From NCBI GenBank assembly GCA_965214705.1, contig OZ243972.1, positions 640,001 to 704,000 of the forward strand: DNA of 64,000 nucleotides, read 5' to 3'. The DNA is from Alphaproteobacteria bacterium. GTDB taxonomy: Bacteria > Pseudomonadota > Alphaproteobacteria > UBA828. Made by a program: the position numbers and the translations under genes. Within the stretch, counting starts at the first letter, position 1. Each line of letters opens with the position of its first letter. Below, piece by piece: positions 52,214 through 62,040 of this stretch. Under the pieces are notes generated by a model, which saw only the letters and a list, made by a program, of their open reading frames with translations, searched no databases and was not told the DNA's origin.

Positions 52214-52342
52214 ATGCCAACAAGAAAGCGCCTGACAAGGGCAGAGCGAAAAGCCAATAGACGGGGGACTAGAGAGTACTATAGAAAGCAGAAAGATAAG
52301 AAGCTGCGGGATAAACGCAACAAGCGAAACAGGAAAAGGTGA
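52214..52342 (+). CDS. possible 42-aa Arg/Lys-rich peptide
   Basis: MPTRKRLTRAERKANRRGTREYYRKQKDKKLRDKRNKRNRKR*, followed by a hairpin; the RBS is weak. Confidence 0.35.
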   Translation: MPTRKRLTRAERKANRRGTREYYRKQKDKKLRDKRNKRNRKR

Positions 52343-52591
52343 GGGTGCCGTAACTTTGACACCCTCGCCATCAAAATCACAATGATCTAATCTATGACTG
52401 GCACCTACAATCTTTACCGATCGGCTACTCCCTCATTGCCAAATCCGCCCTCAGCGAAAATATGCAAGGATGATGTGGTACTCCTTTTTGCTAGTGGGGC
52501 GGTATTGCCCCGGTGCCATGCAGCGGCACCGGGGCACCTTGGGCCGAGATCGAGTGCGGTACAAGTTAAATTTCGGTAATCATGGCAAGCC

Positions 52592-52996
52592 TTACTCAAC
52601 GGCAACACCTATGGAAAGACAGCCGAATGTTGGTGGGTTAAGTTCTTTTATAATCTTAGAAACAGATCGGTCAAGAGAAAGCGGCGGGGCAGCGTTATTC
52701 TCTATTTTAATGTGGTTGGTTCCGGGGTGCAGTAGTTTCATATCATAGTCTGGATTCCCTTGACTATCATACGTAGAAAGTCCAACAGTTAGAAGATTAC
52801 CCTCGTACACTAATCTTATAGTTGAACTGATCCAAATCGGCAATCGCGTCTCCGTGTTGTTGGTCAGCGTCATAGACATTGACCAAGAAATATATCTAGC
52901 TACACCACTATCCCCAAAGCTGATTTCTTCCCATACTTCGCTAAACGTGACATCTTCCACAAGAACATTTCCATCTTCATCAAATATTAATGACAT
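52592..52996 (-). CDS. hypothetical passenger protein
   Basis: 134-aa ORF in AT-rich DNA; no recognised motif. Confidence 0.45.
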   Translation of the reverse strand: MSLIFDEDGNVLVEDVTFSEVWEEISFGDSGVARYISWSMSMTLTNNTETRLPIWISSTIRLVYEGNLLTVGLSTYDSQGNPDYDMKLLHPGTNHIKIENNAAPPLSLDRSVSKIIKELNPPTFGCLSIGVAVE

Positions 52997-53275
52997 GTTT
53001 TTCCAGTCATCACTTGTTCCACAAGTAAAGTTTTCTACGTGAAACAGGGGAGCTACCCCGATCTCGAAGCAAGGTTATTATATTCAGTGGGCGACCCGAC
53101 CAGCGGGTTTCCCAAGAGAAAGTTTGCGCCATCATTGTTCACGCTTTCTTTGCTAGTGTCAAGGATCGCAGCAACACACTGGAATCGTTGATGAATTGAT
53201 GAGTTGACCCCATCCTCTCTTGATGCGATGATAGACTAGGTCAAGTAATGACTAGTCTACAAGGAGGATGGGAAA

Positions 53276-54130
53276 ATGAATCAGCTATCGAGGGAGAAGC
53301 GTAGACTTATATTACACTTGCTTGTGGAGGGAATGTCGATACGTTCTATTTGTCGAGTGCTAAAAGTATCTAAATCTGCGGTCACGAAACTACTGGTCGA
53401 TGGCGGCAAGGCTTGTCAGAAGTATCACGACAAAAAGGTACGCAGGCTAAATTCACTGGTGATCCAGTGTGATGAGATATGGTCATTTATCTATGCCAAG
53501 GACAAGAACCTGCATAAATGTATAGCCGCTCCAGCTTGGGCAGGCACGACATGGGCATGGACCGCGCTGGATAGTGAGAGCAAACTAATAATCTCGTACA
53601 TGGTAGGAGATCGGTCGGCAGATACCGCGATAGAATTCATGCAGGACGTAGAATCTAGACTGTTGAACAGGGTACAGATTACTACAGACGGTCATCCGGC
53701 CTATAGGGACGCGGTCTTAGAGGCGTTCGAGGGCGAAGTAGATTTTGCGCAATTGGTAAAGACATTTGACGATAATTGTCCCGGTATAAATCTAAGGGCC
53801 GTAGAAGGCGACCCGCAGGAAAACGATATTAGCACTAGTTTTGTAGAGCGGCAGAATCTAACCATGCGAATGGGCATGAAGAGATTTAGCCGTAAAACAA
53901 ATGCGCACTCGAAAAAAATAGAAAACCACTGCCACATGATAAGCCTGTATTTCGTCTACTACAATTTTATTCGTATACACGAGACCTTGGGAATCACGCC
54001 AGCTATGGCTGCCGGTGTCAGTAAAAGAGTAAGAGACCTAGATTGGCTGGTTGGTTTGATAGATAAAAATGCACCGAAGCCTAAGCGGCCCAAGCGATAT
54101 AAGAAGCGGAAAAAGAGAGATTGTAAATGA
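53276..54130 (+). CDS. IS1-family transposase
   Basis: LVEGMSIRS HTH, QCDEIWSF, QITTDG, STSFVERQNLTMR, YNF.RIH.TL..TPAM; AAGGAGG RBS. Confidence 0.92.
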   Translation: MNQLSREKRRLILHLLVEGMSIRSICRVLKVSKSAVTKLLVDGGKACQKYHDKKVRRLNSLVIQCDEIWSFIYAKDKNLHKCIAAPAWAGTTWAWTALDSESKLIISYMVGDRSADTAIEFMQDVESRLLNRVQITTDGHPAYRDAVLEAFEGEVDFAQLVKTFDDNCPGINLRAVEGDPQENDISTSFVERQNLTMRMGMKRFSRKTNAHSKKIENHCHMISLYFVYYNFIRIHETLGITPAMAAGVSKRVRDLDWLVGLIDKNAPKPKRPKRYKKRKKRDCK

Positions 54131-54176
54131 AGTGTATCGAGGAACTAATTTATCCCAAAGGGATAATCATAGTCAA

Positions 54177-54770
54177 CTAGGTTTGCATACTGATATTATA
54201 AGTGCCCTCAAGCTGGAGGTTGGAAATCTCATGGACGATACCTTTATCCTTTGCCCAGTTAGCATCATACACCCGTTGAACGTCGAAAAATTCGCGGGCC
54301 TTGGAGCGTTCCAACAAGCTACGGCTGGAGATTATATCCCCAATCCTTGTATGGTCCGCTTCAACACTATCCAAGTACTCTCTGAACTGCCGACCGTCGA
54401 GCCTTGTAGGACTGTTGAAATCAAATCCTACACTGTGAAACAAAAATATCGAAGTGGGCGCACAATATCTTTTTTCCCCTGCCAAGAAAAGCACATTAGC
54501 GATTGAATCTATATGACCTACATTGTAAGTAATCAGGGTGATAGGTAATGACCTCATCATCGTATAGCAATGTATCCCAGCATGAACATTGCCTCCATTG
54601 CTGTTAATTAGCAAATGCACCTCTGCTGATCTGGTAGAAATTTCACGAAGAGTTATTATGAGTTCATGCATGGTTTGGTCATTTACGCCACGCGAAAACC
54701 ATACGTACTCTGTCGGTTTTGTTGCCACTGCTTCCGCCTCGGGGTTGTGAATATTGTTTGCACGTAGCAT
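54177..54770 (-). CDS. ClpP-like serine peptidase
   Basis: LLINSNGGNV..G, G.IDSIANVLFLAG..R, FLFH. Confidence 0.8.
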   Translation of the reverse strand: MLRANNIHNPEAEAVATKPTEYVWFSRGVNDQTMHELIITLREISTRSAEVHLLINSNGGNVHAGIHCYTMMRSLPITLITYNVGHIDSIANVLFLAGEKRYCAPTSIFLFHSVGFDFNSPTRLDGRQFREYLDSVEADHTRIGDIISSRSLLERSKAREFFDVQRVYDANWAKDKGIVHEISNLQLEGTYNISMQT

Positions 54771-54805
54771 ACGTTCTATTGAACGTCAAGAAAAAGGATG
54801 GCATT

Positions 54806-54979
54806 ATGAGGATAAGATGGTTTAATGGTACCCTGCTTATTAGAGCAGGTACAGATGAAGAGCATGAAATGTTAGTGAAAATGTATGACTTACTGGAGGG
54901 ATTAAAATTTGGACGGGAGCTTGAAACCGGAATAATCAGCGATGTCGATGACGTTGAGCCTGTCGCCCTTGACGAATAG
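54806..54979 (+). CDS. small hypothetical protein
   Basis: MRIRWFNGTLLIRAGTDEEHEML..; AAGGA RBS; overlaps the convergent gene. Confidence 0.35.
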   Translation: MRIRWFNGTLLIRAGTDEEHEMLVKMYDLLEGLKFGRELETGIISDVDDVEPVALDE

Positions 54980-55210
54980 CTTTTTGCCATTGACCCGATG
55001 GGACAAAAGATGCTCTCTTATATCTTCAGCTGAAGTATTTTCCCAGCGTACAATCCATTGGGTCTCTGTAGCTTTCATGGCTTTGCGACTTTTACCATCA
55101 CCTTTTATTTCTTTAGCAATCTTATTGTAGCTGTCTTTATCCTTATTATCCAAGTCAAAGCTGATCGAATAGAGATCGGCGTTCTTTGCTTCGTCGAAAA
55201 TTTCTTTCAT
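54902..55210 (-). CDS. small ferredoxin-fold (Cas2/VapD-like) protein
   Basis: YSISFDL...Y..I...IK...ETQWIV...SAEDIR..L...DRL.VI. Confidence 0.6.
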   Translation of the reverse strand: MKEIFDEAKNADLYSISFDLDNKDKDSYNKIAKEIKGDGKSRKAMKATETQWIVRWENTSAEDIREHLLSHRVNGKKLFVKGDRLNVIDIADYSGFKLPSKF

Positions 55211-55335
55211 TACGCTTCTTGTTATTGATATCGGCTCTCTCCACCGGGGTTCCTCGCGGCGGGGAATTGTACCACACTATTATTTGAGCACAACTAGGGA
55301 GTTAGAAATGTATCTTTCAAAGCAACCCAGTACCC

Positions 55336-55920
55336 AGGGGAAGATTTCTCAAATACGACGTGCATGCACTCCCGGACTTTGACGCAGAATTTCCGGAAGA
55401 GGAGAGACTTCCACAGACATTTAGGATTGAAATCAAACAGCGGGGAACCGGAAAGTGCTACCTAAGGTGGAATGAAGTATTCATTGGGAACCCGTTGACT
55501 GACAATATAGAAGCTTCGGATGACTATCGTTTTCATGATGTATTTCACTTTGCGCATGCAGCCATACTGCACTGGTCGCCTACATTTCGCTCGCTCATTC
55601 GGCAAAAACGCAAGAGTGATGAGAAGTTCGACGAGAATCAGGACGGAGGACGAGCGATCGTAATTGAGGAAGGTTTAACAGCATATATATTTGCGTGTGC
55701 AAAGGAGTTAAACTTCTTCGAAGGTCAGTCGTCGATTTCCTTTGATCTCCTAAAGACGATTGGGAATTTCGTACGAGGTTACGAGGTGGAGCAGTGCCCT
55801 CTCAAGCTATGGTAAGATGCGATATTGCAAGGCTATTCTGTTTTCAGGTCATTACGTGAGAACAGTGGCGGCGTAGTTGTGGGCAACAGAGTAACGCGGA
55901 CCATTTCTTACGAAGAGGAG
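55336..55920 (+). pseudogene. MazG C-terminal-domain protein, 5'-truncated, with an internal stop
   Basis: IG.PLTDN..DDYRFHDVFHFAHAAILHWSP.FR.L..KRKS..DGGRA.VIEEG, GYEV; stop at 55813-55815. Confidence 0.75.
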
Positions 55921-55922
55921 GG

Positions 55923-56600
55923 ATGATGGCTGTTACGAATCCATGGGGTATCGTATCCATGGTAAGGGATTTGAGATTCCCGAACACGTTCAATCCGTAT
56001 GTCGAGCGGTGCGAGAAGTATGATAAGCCAAATGCACCGGAGATTAGAGCCTGTGTGCTTCTCGATATTTTGTGTGCGGCGGGTAAGGCCGACATTGATG
56101 CAATATGGATTGGTCGGGATCTAGGCCATCGCGGTGGTCGACGGACTGGCTTGGCACTGACTGACGATTTCTGGTTTTCCGCTCATACCAGACGATGGGG
56201 GGTGGACGTGGACCGACCCACACGTGGTCCGATAGTGCGGGAGAGGACCGCGACTATTGTGTGGGAAATGCTTGAACTGATCGAGGAAAATGTTTTTCTG
56301 TGGAACGTGTTTCCGCTTCATCCGTTTCCAAAAGATGATATGTACCGAGATCGCGCGCATATCGCGATTGAGCGCGACGCAGGCATGGTACTGCTACTCA
56401 GGTTGGTATCGTTCTTGCGGCCACGACGGATTATCGCAATCGGCAAGGACTCGGCACGAGCATTGGGCAACAAAACGGTGGAGGTGGACGTATTGGATGT
56501 ACGACACCCCAGCTACGGGGGTGAGAGGCGGTTTCGCGAGCAAATCGCTTCGCTTTACGGCTTAGGGATTTGTGATTCCCGGCCAAGCCTTCAATTGTAG
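55923..56600 (+). CDS. uracil-DNA glycosylase superfamily protein
   Basis: FNPY, GRDLGHRGGRRTG..LTD, E.TAT, WNVFPLHP, RHPSYGG; GAGGAGG RBS. Confidence 0.85.
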   Translation: MMAVTNPWGIVSMVRDLRFPNTFNPYVERCEKYDKPNAPEIRACVLLDILCAAGKADIDAIWIGRDLGHRGGRRTGLALTDDFWFSAHTRRWGVDVDRPTRGPIVRERTATIVWEMLELIEENVFLWNVFPLHPFPKDDMYRDRAHIAIERDAGMVLLLRLVSFLRPRRIIAIGKDSARALGNKTVEVDVLDVRHPSYGGERRFREQIASLYGLGICDSRPSLQL

Positions 56601-56741
56601 GATACGGAAGTACGAGTCGGAAGTCGGACTGGGGACGCCGGTGCGCACGTCTATGGATGGCTGCGTGTCAGGAATGGCCAACGCGTTCGATGAGCGCCGT
56701 CTTTATACAAGCTGTGGGAAGAAATTGGGGGAGGGCAAGGG

Positions 56742-57518
56742 ATGACGTTGCTCAACTTGGGTCCGGCTGAGGCGATAGAGCACGTCGGCAGGTTGGTTCC
56801 CGCTGGATGCGACGAAAACGCGGTATACGCTAGGTCTCTGCGATTTGGAGAGGATGATTCTGGTGAGGTCGTGCATGTGCCGGCGGGAAAGAGGTTGGTG
56901 ATCCGCGCCGGAGACCTGTCCATCGACTCGGATGAACTGGACGCGAAGAGCGCGAAGGGCCGAGGCGGGTACGCTCCGGTGGCGGATACCATTTGGACTT
57001 GGTATCGGATAGCAGGCGCAGGGGATAGCACACTTCTGATGCTGCTATTGGCCGCCGCCAGAAGGTTAGACGCTACACATGTATTTTGGTCAGGGACGAT
57101 GGATGCTCTGGAAGAGGCGTGCACTCTGGCTGATAATTTGCGGAGGCCCACCCTATTCCGGGCTTTGGCCATGGCTGAGGTGACATTGATTTCTTTGTCT
57201 CGAGGGATGGAGATGATTTATCGGTTGGAGAAGGAATTCAGCTTAGGCCTTCAGATATCCGAAAAATTTGACACCAACGCGAAGTCGCTGCGTCGGATGC
57301 GGAACGCTTTGGAGCATATCGACGATCGGGCGTTGGGGCAGGCCAAAGATGGAACGGCGGACAGTGCCATGTCCATCTTCTTTCAACCGTATTTCGTGGA
57401 CCACGGTGTTCTTACTTATGCCGGCGATGCGCTGTCGTTTGCCGAAGGCATTCCCAGGGTTCTGGGCGAGTGCCGGGAGCTAATCAAGAGTGTAATTGAC
57501 CTTCGTCCACGTGGTTAG
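56742..57518 (+). CDS. hypothetical protein with a HEPN-like Rx4H motif
   Basis: Helical, LRRMRNALEHIDDR; GGAGG RBS. Confidence 0.7.
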   Translation: MTLLNLGPAEAIEHVGRLVPAGCDENAVYARSLRFGEDDSGEVVHVPAGKRLVIRAGDLSIDSDELDAKSAKGRGGYAPVADTIWTWYRIAGAGDSTLLMLLLAAARRLDATHVFWSGTMDALEEACTLADNLRRPTLFRALAMAEVTLISLSRGMEMIYRLEKEFSLGLQISEKFDTNAKSLRRMRNALEHIDDRALGQAKDGTADSAMSIFFQPYFVDHGVLTYAGDALSFAEGIPRVLGECRELIKSVIDLRPRG

Positions 57519-58052
57519 GTGATACGGCTTGCGCGTACAGACGGGTCGGTATCCGCCAGAGTCTCAAAGCCCAATGAAGAGGTCATGGAAGGCCACGCGA
57601 GGTCTAGAGTTTGATTCCATTCGCTTTCGGGACGAAGACAGGCGCCGCGCCTCTTTCGCCGGAGAAACCGAGGAATCAAGGATGTTCACCGGGTTGCGCG
57701 CACCCTCGCCGCATCGGGCCGCGATTCTGACGAAACAAGGGCATGTCGTGACTCTCGGCACGAGATCGTGACCTGCGGTCGGAGAGGCGAACGGTGTGCA
57801 ACGTTGGCTTTCTCCCCGGGCTCGGGTTCGGGATCAAGGTGTCGACCAGGTAGCGGTCGATGCGCGAAGCTCAAGGTGAGCGATCGCACCTCATAGGAAG
57901 CCGTTATCCCGACCCGAAGAAAACGGTATTGGCGGCGGACCGGCGCCCGCCTCACCCGCGGCCGGTCCTGGTCTCCGGTTGCCGTCCCCGGCCCTTGTCG
58001 AACGAACACCCGGACCGGCGTCCGGGGCGGACCCGGCGGCGGCTTCGCCTCG

Positions 58053-58270
58053 CTCTGGGGCCGGGGCGCGATCTCTTCGTTCGACGGGCGCGAGGGCAAC
58101 CTCACCCTGGACAGCGAGGTGACGACGGGGCTGATCGGCGCCGACTGGTCGTCGGACCCCCGGACCGGGGTCCGGGGCGCGCCGATGGACGGCGGGGCTG
58201 GCGATCGGCCATTCCACCGGCACGGGCGGCTACCGCTCGGGCGGCTGCGGCGAGGGCAATTGCGGCGGCG
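58053..58270 (+). pseudogene. autotransporter beta-domain fragment
   Basis: LWGRGAISSFDGREGNLTLDSEVTTGLIGADW. Confidence 0.55.
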
Positions 58271-58302
58271 AATTCGAGGCCAGGGGTCGAGAGCTTGCTG
58301 CA

Positions 58303-58506
58303 ATGGTGAAGGTGCTCGACGGGCTCAGGGCGGGCAAGTCGCAACGCAGCATGGCACGTGACATCTGGGGGGACGCGAGGGTGGCCGTCGAGCGGAGTTC
58401 CAAAAGCTGGATGCGCTCTCAGGTGCGGCGGTGGATCCCGAAGGTCAAGGCGATGGTCGACGGGGGCTGGCGCGATCTGGTGCCGCGCACCGTGCCGGAG
58501 GAGTGA
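58303..58506 (+). pseudogene. DUF2285 (FseA/RovC-like) C-terminal fragment
   Basis: LDGLRAGKSQR.MA..IWG...WMRSQVRR..MVDGGWRDL. Confidence 0.65.
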
Positions 58507-60162
58507 CGGGACGACGCGCAGGTCCGGGGGTCGTCCGGCGGGGCTGCGGTCGGGGAGGACGCGCGAAGAGCGGAAGGGGCGGAGGGTCGAATCAATCCGG
58601 TGACTGTTCGATTACGGAATCACGAAGGCGGGTGTGGGGTGGGTATTATCCGGGAATGCCGTTGCGGCTCCCCTCTTCTGCCGATGGCGTGGTCGGACGC
58701 CGCCAGCAATCGCCACCGATCCGGCTTCCCAAGTGGACAATCGGGAGCGCGGGGTGGAAAACATCTGATCCCGGCATGAAGATATACGAACAGTTATGAC
58801 TTTAATCTTTTGCAATAAAATGATTAATTGACGACACTGAGCAAATGCAACACCAATGTCCTCGACGGCACCAGGGTGGTCGCCCAACGCCGCGCGTACG
58901 TTGCCTCTGTTAACAGCGGCGGAATAATGCCCCACGCGGAGCGGCCGGGCGGTCTGGTCGCGGCGGCGCAAGAATGCGCCATCCATGGTCCCTTGTCTGT
59001 GTGGACGCGGGGCGGGCAAAGAATTCGGCCCCGTGGCGAGCCGGAAACGGGGTAATTTTCGCAATACTCACCCTGGTGCCCCTTGGTCCCTCCTCCACCC
59101 CCGCGCGCGCCGACGGGCCTCCAGCCGCCTTCTGGAGCCATATCGGCTGTGACGCCATGCTGGTTGGCCGCCGCCCGTCGCCAGGAGTCCCTTTCGCTAA
59201 GAAATGGGGCCCACTCGCGCGCTCTCAGAACTGGGGTCCCCTATTCCGCTGCCTCGCAAATGCGGTTCCCTCTCCGTACCGGACGCCGGGGGCATACATA
59301 TACAGAAGGGGCCCCGATCATGGGACCCGCAGCCCTCCCTCCCCCTCGCCTTTCGTCCGCGCGCCGGCGTGCCTCTCTTTTTCGCCCACCACGTGCACCC
59401 GCCGCCCGGCCACGAGCGCCCGCGCCCATCACCCAGCGCCACACGCACGCGCTCATCCAGGTCGAGATCATCGAGGCGCACGCGCTCGGCGTGGTGCGCC
59501 TGCGGCGCCGGGACCGGACCGACGCTTCGGGAGCGGGGGCAGGGGGCAAGGGCCTCGTCGGGTGGGCATGGATGTGGGCATGGGGAGGGGATGGCTTGGG
59601 AAAGTTGCCATTACCGGCGGTTTGGGTGCGAGGTTCGATAGTCTTCATGTCCGCCACGCGGCAAAATCGAGCCTGGACGGGTCTCAAGCCAGCCCTGAGA
59701 TCGCCGGCGCTGGCCAGATCCCCTCGCCAGGCAACCCAAGGGCGCTCATCTCCCCCGATCGCCCGGCGTGAGGACCATCGTAGCCCCTCGCGCGCGCGCG
59801 CGCGCGTTTTTGGGCGCCCAACCCGTGCCAGAGGGCGGTAGGGCGAGCTGTCAGCGCTTCTGCCCTATCTATAGACGCATGGCGGGATACTAGCTCTGGA
59901 TATTGGCTGGGCTGCGGGCGGGGTCTCGCCCCGTGGGGGTTGAGCGTGCGGCCTCGAGACGTCTGTGGCGGGCCTACCCGCGGTATCTTCGCAAGCGAGG
60001 CGCATACCGGACGGTCCAAGCGCTGGGAGCCAGCGATGTTCCGCCGCTGTTCTCGGTCTTGGCGTGGCTGCCTGGCGGGGTGCGCTTGCAGCCTCGACCC
60101 CGTCGAACAGGTGTTTTGGATAGAAGTCGGCCGAAATCCAGGCTCAGCGCGGGTTGTGGCGT

Positions 60163-60601
60163 TGTGGCGGATACAGAGGGGGTAGGAAGGAGGGATGAAC
60201 GAAGGGGAATCGAAGGCATCGGTCGACACATCGGCTTTCAACGACTCTAGCTTGTGTCACACACACACTAAATCATTGACCGCGCGGGATTATCACCGAC
60301 ACACACCTTCATAATTCTTGCCTATAGAATAAGCTATGATCGATGTTGCTGTTCCGCAACATTTCAGGCTTATTAGACAGACACAGCTCCGCCCTGACCC
60401 CTTCTTTCGTTCACTCCCAGGAATTAGCGTTCTATCCGCCACAACCGGGGCAGCAGCGGTCTAGGCAGGTCGACCACACCCGGCGGTCTAGCAATCAGAA
60501 CAACGACCTAGCCCATTTCCTCTCCCGCGCTGCCCTCGCCCAAATTGTTGCGGATAGAGAGCACAGCGTATCAGCGACGTGCCGCCCCCCTATCCGCAAC
60601 A
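60163..60601. repeat. five copies of TGT(T/G)GCGGA(T/A) in mixed orientation
   Basis: 60163(+), 60351(-), 60432(-), 60546(+), 60590(-). Confidence 0.7.
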
Positions 60602-60639
60602 CAGCCCGAGATAGGGACGCATCGGCTGCGGCCTCCTCG

Positions 60640-60858
60640 CCGTCGCTCTACCAGCAAGCCATCTACCGGATCGACCCGACCGTGAACCCAGCCGGCGTCG
60701 AGGGGTCCATAAGGTTGCAGTACGGCAACCTGGACCACCTGCCTCACGAGACCTTCGTCGCGGAGGTCGCCCTGGCCCGGCGGTGCGAGGAAGTAGCGCC
60801 GTGCTTCTTGCGCGGCGTCGCGGACAGCTACGGCATGACCGATCAATTCGACGCCTAG
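60640..60858 (+). CDS. small hypothetical protein (start uncertain, perhaps a remnant)
   Basis: GC3-biased frame SLYQQAIYRIDPTVNPAGVEGSIRLQYGNLDHL..ADSYGM. Confidence 0.4.
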   Translation, partial: PSLYQQAIYRIDPTVNPAGVEGSIRLQYGNLDHLPHETFVAEVALARRCEEVAPCFLRGVADSYGMTDQFDA

Positions 60859-60869
60859 GAGACCATCAA

Positions 60870-61198
60870 GTGCCACCGCGAGATCATGCACGCGAGGGAG
60901 CGGTGCCGGGTCATCGACAGCTGCAACGAGAGGCGCCTGCACTCGGCGCTCGGATACCTAAGGAAGGTCTGAATAAGTGCCTCCTGCATTTCTCAGACGC
61001 GCAAGGCGGAAGCGCGCTTTCCGCTTTGCTCACATTTTCAGTGACTTACAGCCACCGAAAATGGTGGCACATCCCTGTGCCACGGGAACACCTGATAAAT
61101 CAGAGGTTCCCTAAGCCCCATCCGCTTCGAGGAGGAACAGTCCCGCAAGCCGGTCAAAGCAGCCGCGTGAAACTGTCCGGCCCCAGGGGCCCACTCCA
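60870..61198 (+). pseudogene. IS3-family transposase 3' remnant
   Basis: After removing the MITE the frame reads NERRLHSALGYLSPIRFEEE..*, followed by an end TGTCC..CTCCA. Confidence 0.7.
60962..61110. mobile_element. 149-bp IS5-derived MITE
   Basis: Ends GGAAGGTCTGAATAA and ATAAATCAGAGGTTCC; CTAA TSD (60958-60961 and 61111-61114). Confidence 0.75.
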
Positions 61199-61263
61199 TG
61201 CGGCGGCGTAAGAATGTACTACTGGCACGGCGCCGGCTTGTCCCTGTAGTGCACAGGGGGAGA

Positions 61264-61640
61264 CCCACGCGGCTTCGTGTAGCGCCCTACGCTACGCGAA
61301 GCCGCGTGGGAGATTCCTGTTGACCCACCGGGGCAACCGGGCCGCAGAGGAGGTCGGCGCCGGGTCAGGATCGGTTCTTGAAGCGCCAGCTCTTGTTGCC
61401 GGTCTCGATGATCTCGCAGTCATGGGTGGGACGGTCGAGCAGGGCTGTGGTCATCCGATCCTGGATGATCTCAGCAAGTGCCCGCCGGCCAAGGGGGCGG
61501 TAGCCCTCGCCCCGTTTCAGGCCATCCGCCTGCATCGCGTTCACCACCTCGAAGGCCATCGGTAGACCCTCAATCGTTGCAGTTTCACTGTGGCATCGGG
61601 GTGCTCCTGCTCGTGGCTCTTGGACAACCACAGGGAGTAC
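61264..61640 (-). pseudogene. fused IS256 N-terminal and IS21 IstB C-terminal remnants with a long hairpin
   Basis: MAFEVV.AMQA.G..GE.YRP..R.ALAEII joined to MTTALLDR.TH.CEIIETGN.SWRFK; hairpin at 61264-61310. Confidence 0.65.
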
Positions 61641-61691
61641 CCCCTCCTCACTGGCACATAATCGCGTCCGTCACCCACGAGTCCACGCGTC

Positions 61692-61724
61692 TTGACAGGC
61701 TCGATACTGGAACAAATAGTGAAT
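61692..61724 (+). promoter_or_regulatory. promoter with an alphaproteobacterial LexA box
   Basis: TTGACA (61692), 17 bp, AATAGT; GAAC-AAATAGT-GAAT (61710-61724) upstream of imuA. Confidence 0.8.
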
Positions 61725-61746
61725 AACCATAAGCACTTCCCGCCTC

Positions 61747-62040
61747 ATGCCCCCGGATCGAGTCCCGCGTGCGCTCGCCGGCGGGGCCGGTGCGGCCGAC
61801 GTCTCCCCCGATCTGGCAGCGCTGCGGCGGCGCATCGCGGCGCTCGAACGCCACCCGGCCGCGCTGGAGGATGCCGCTGACGGAAGCCGGATGGGGAGGC
61901 CCTGGCCGCTCGGCGTGGGTGCCCTGGATGGCGCGCTGCCCGAGGGCGGCCTCGCGCCGAACGGCCTGCACGAGACAGCGGGCGCGAGCGAGGTCGGGGC
62001 CCCTCGCCGGGCCCGCGCTCTCACCAACGGCGGTGGCTAG
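61747..62040 (+). pseudogene. imuA: ImuA N-terminal part, interrupted by IS1380
   Basis: LAALRRRIAALE..PLGVGALDGALPEGGLAPNGLHE. Confidence 0.8.

Larger units (their letters stand above)
52125..55335. mobile_element. AT-rich IS1-family cargo transposon
   Basis: Perfect 25-bp IR GGGTACTGGGTTGCTTTGAAAGATA at 52125-52149 and 55311-55335; central transposase plus passengers; no TSD. Confidence 0.85.
34765..60860. mobile_element. tRNA-Ser-integrated satellite-like genomic island (right boundary uncertain)
   Basis: Integrase, AlpA and primase-DUF3631 follow the tRNA directly, then defence cargo; no attR copy found by eye. Confidence 0.65.

Noticed and set aside
54902-55210. Cas2-like protein as evidence of CRISPR-Cas
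   Set aside because: No repeat-spacer array, cas1 or other cas gene was seen anywhere in the window.
58850-58940. TPR-like fragment (VNRGNVRAALGDHPGAVED) on the minus strand
   Set aside because: It is a single degenerate repeat with no start or context.
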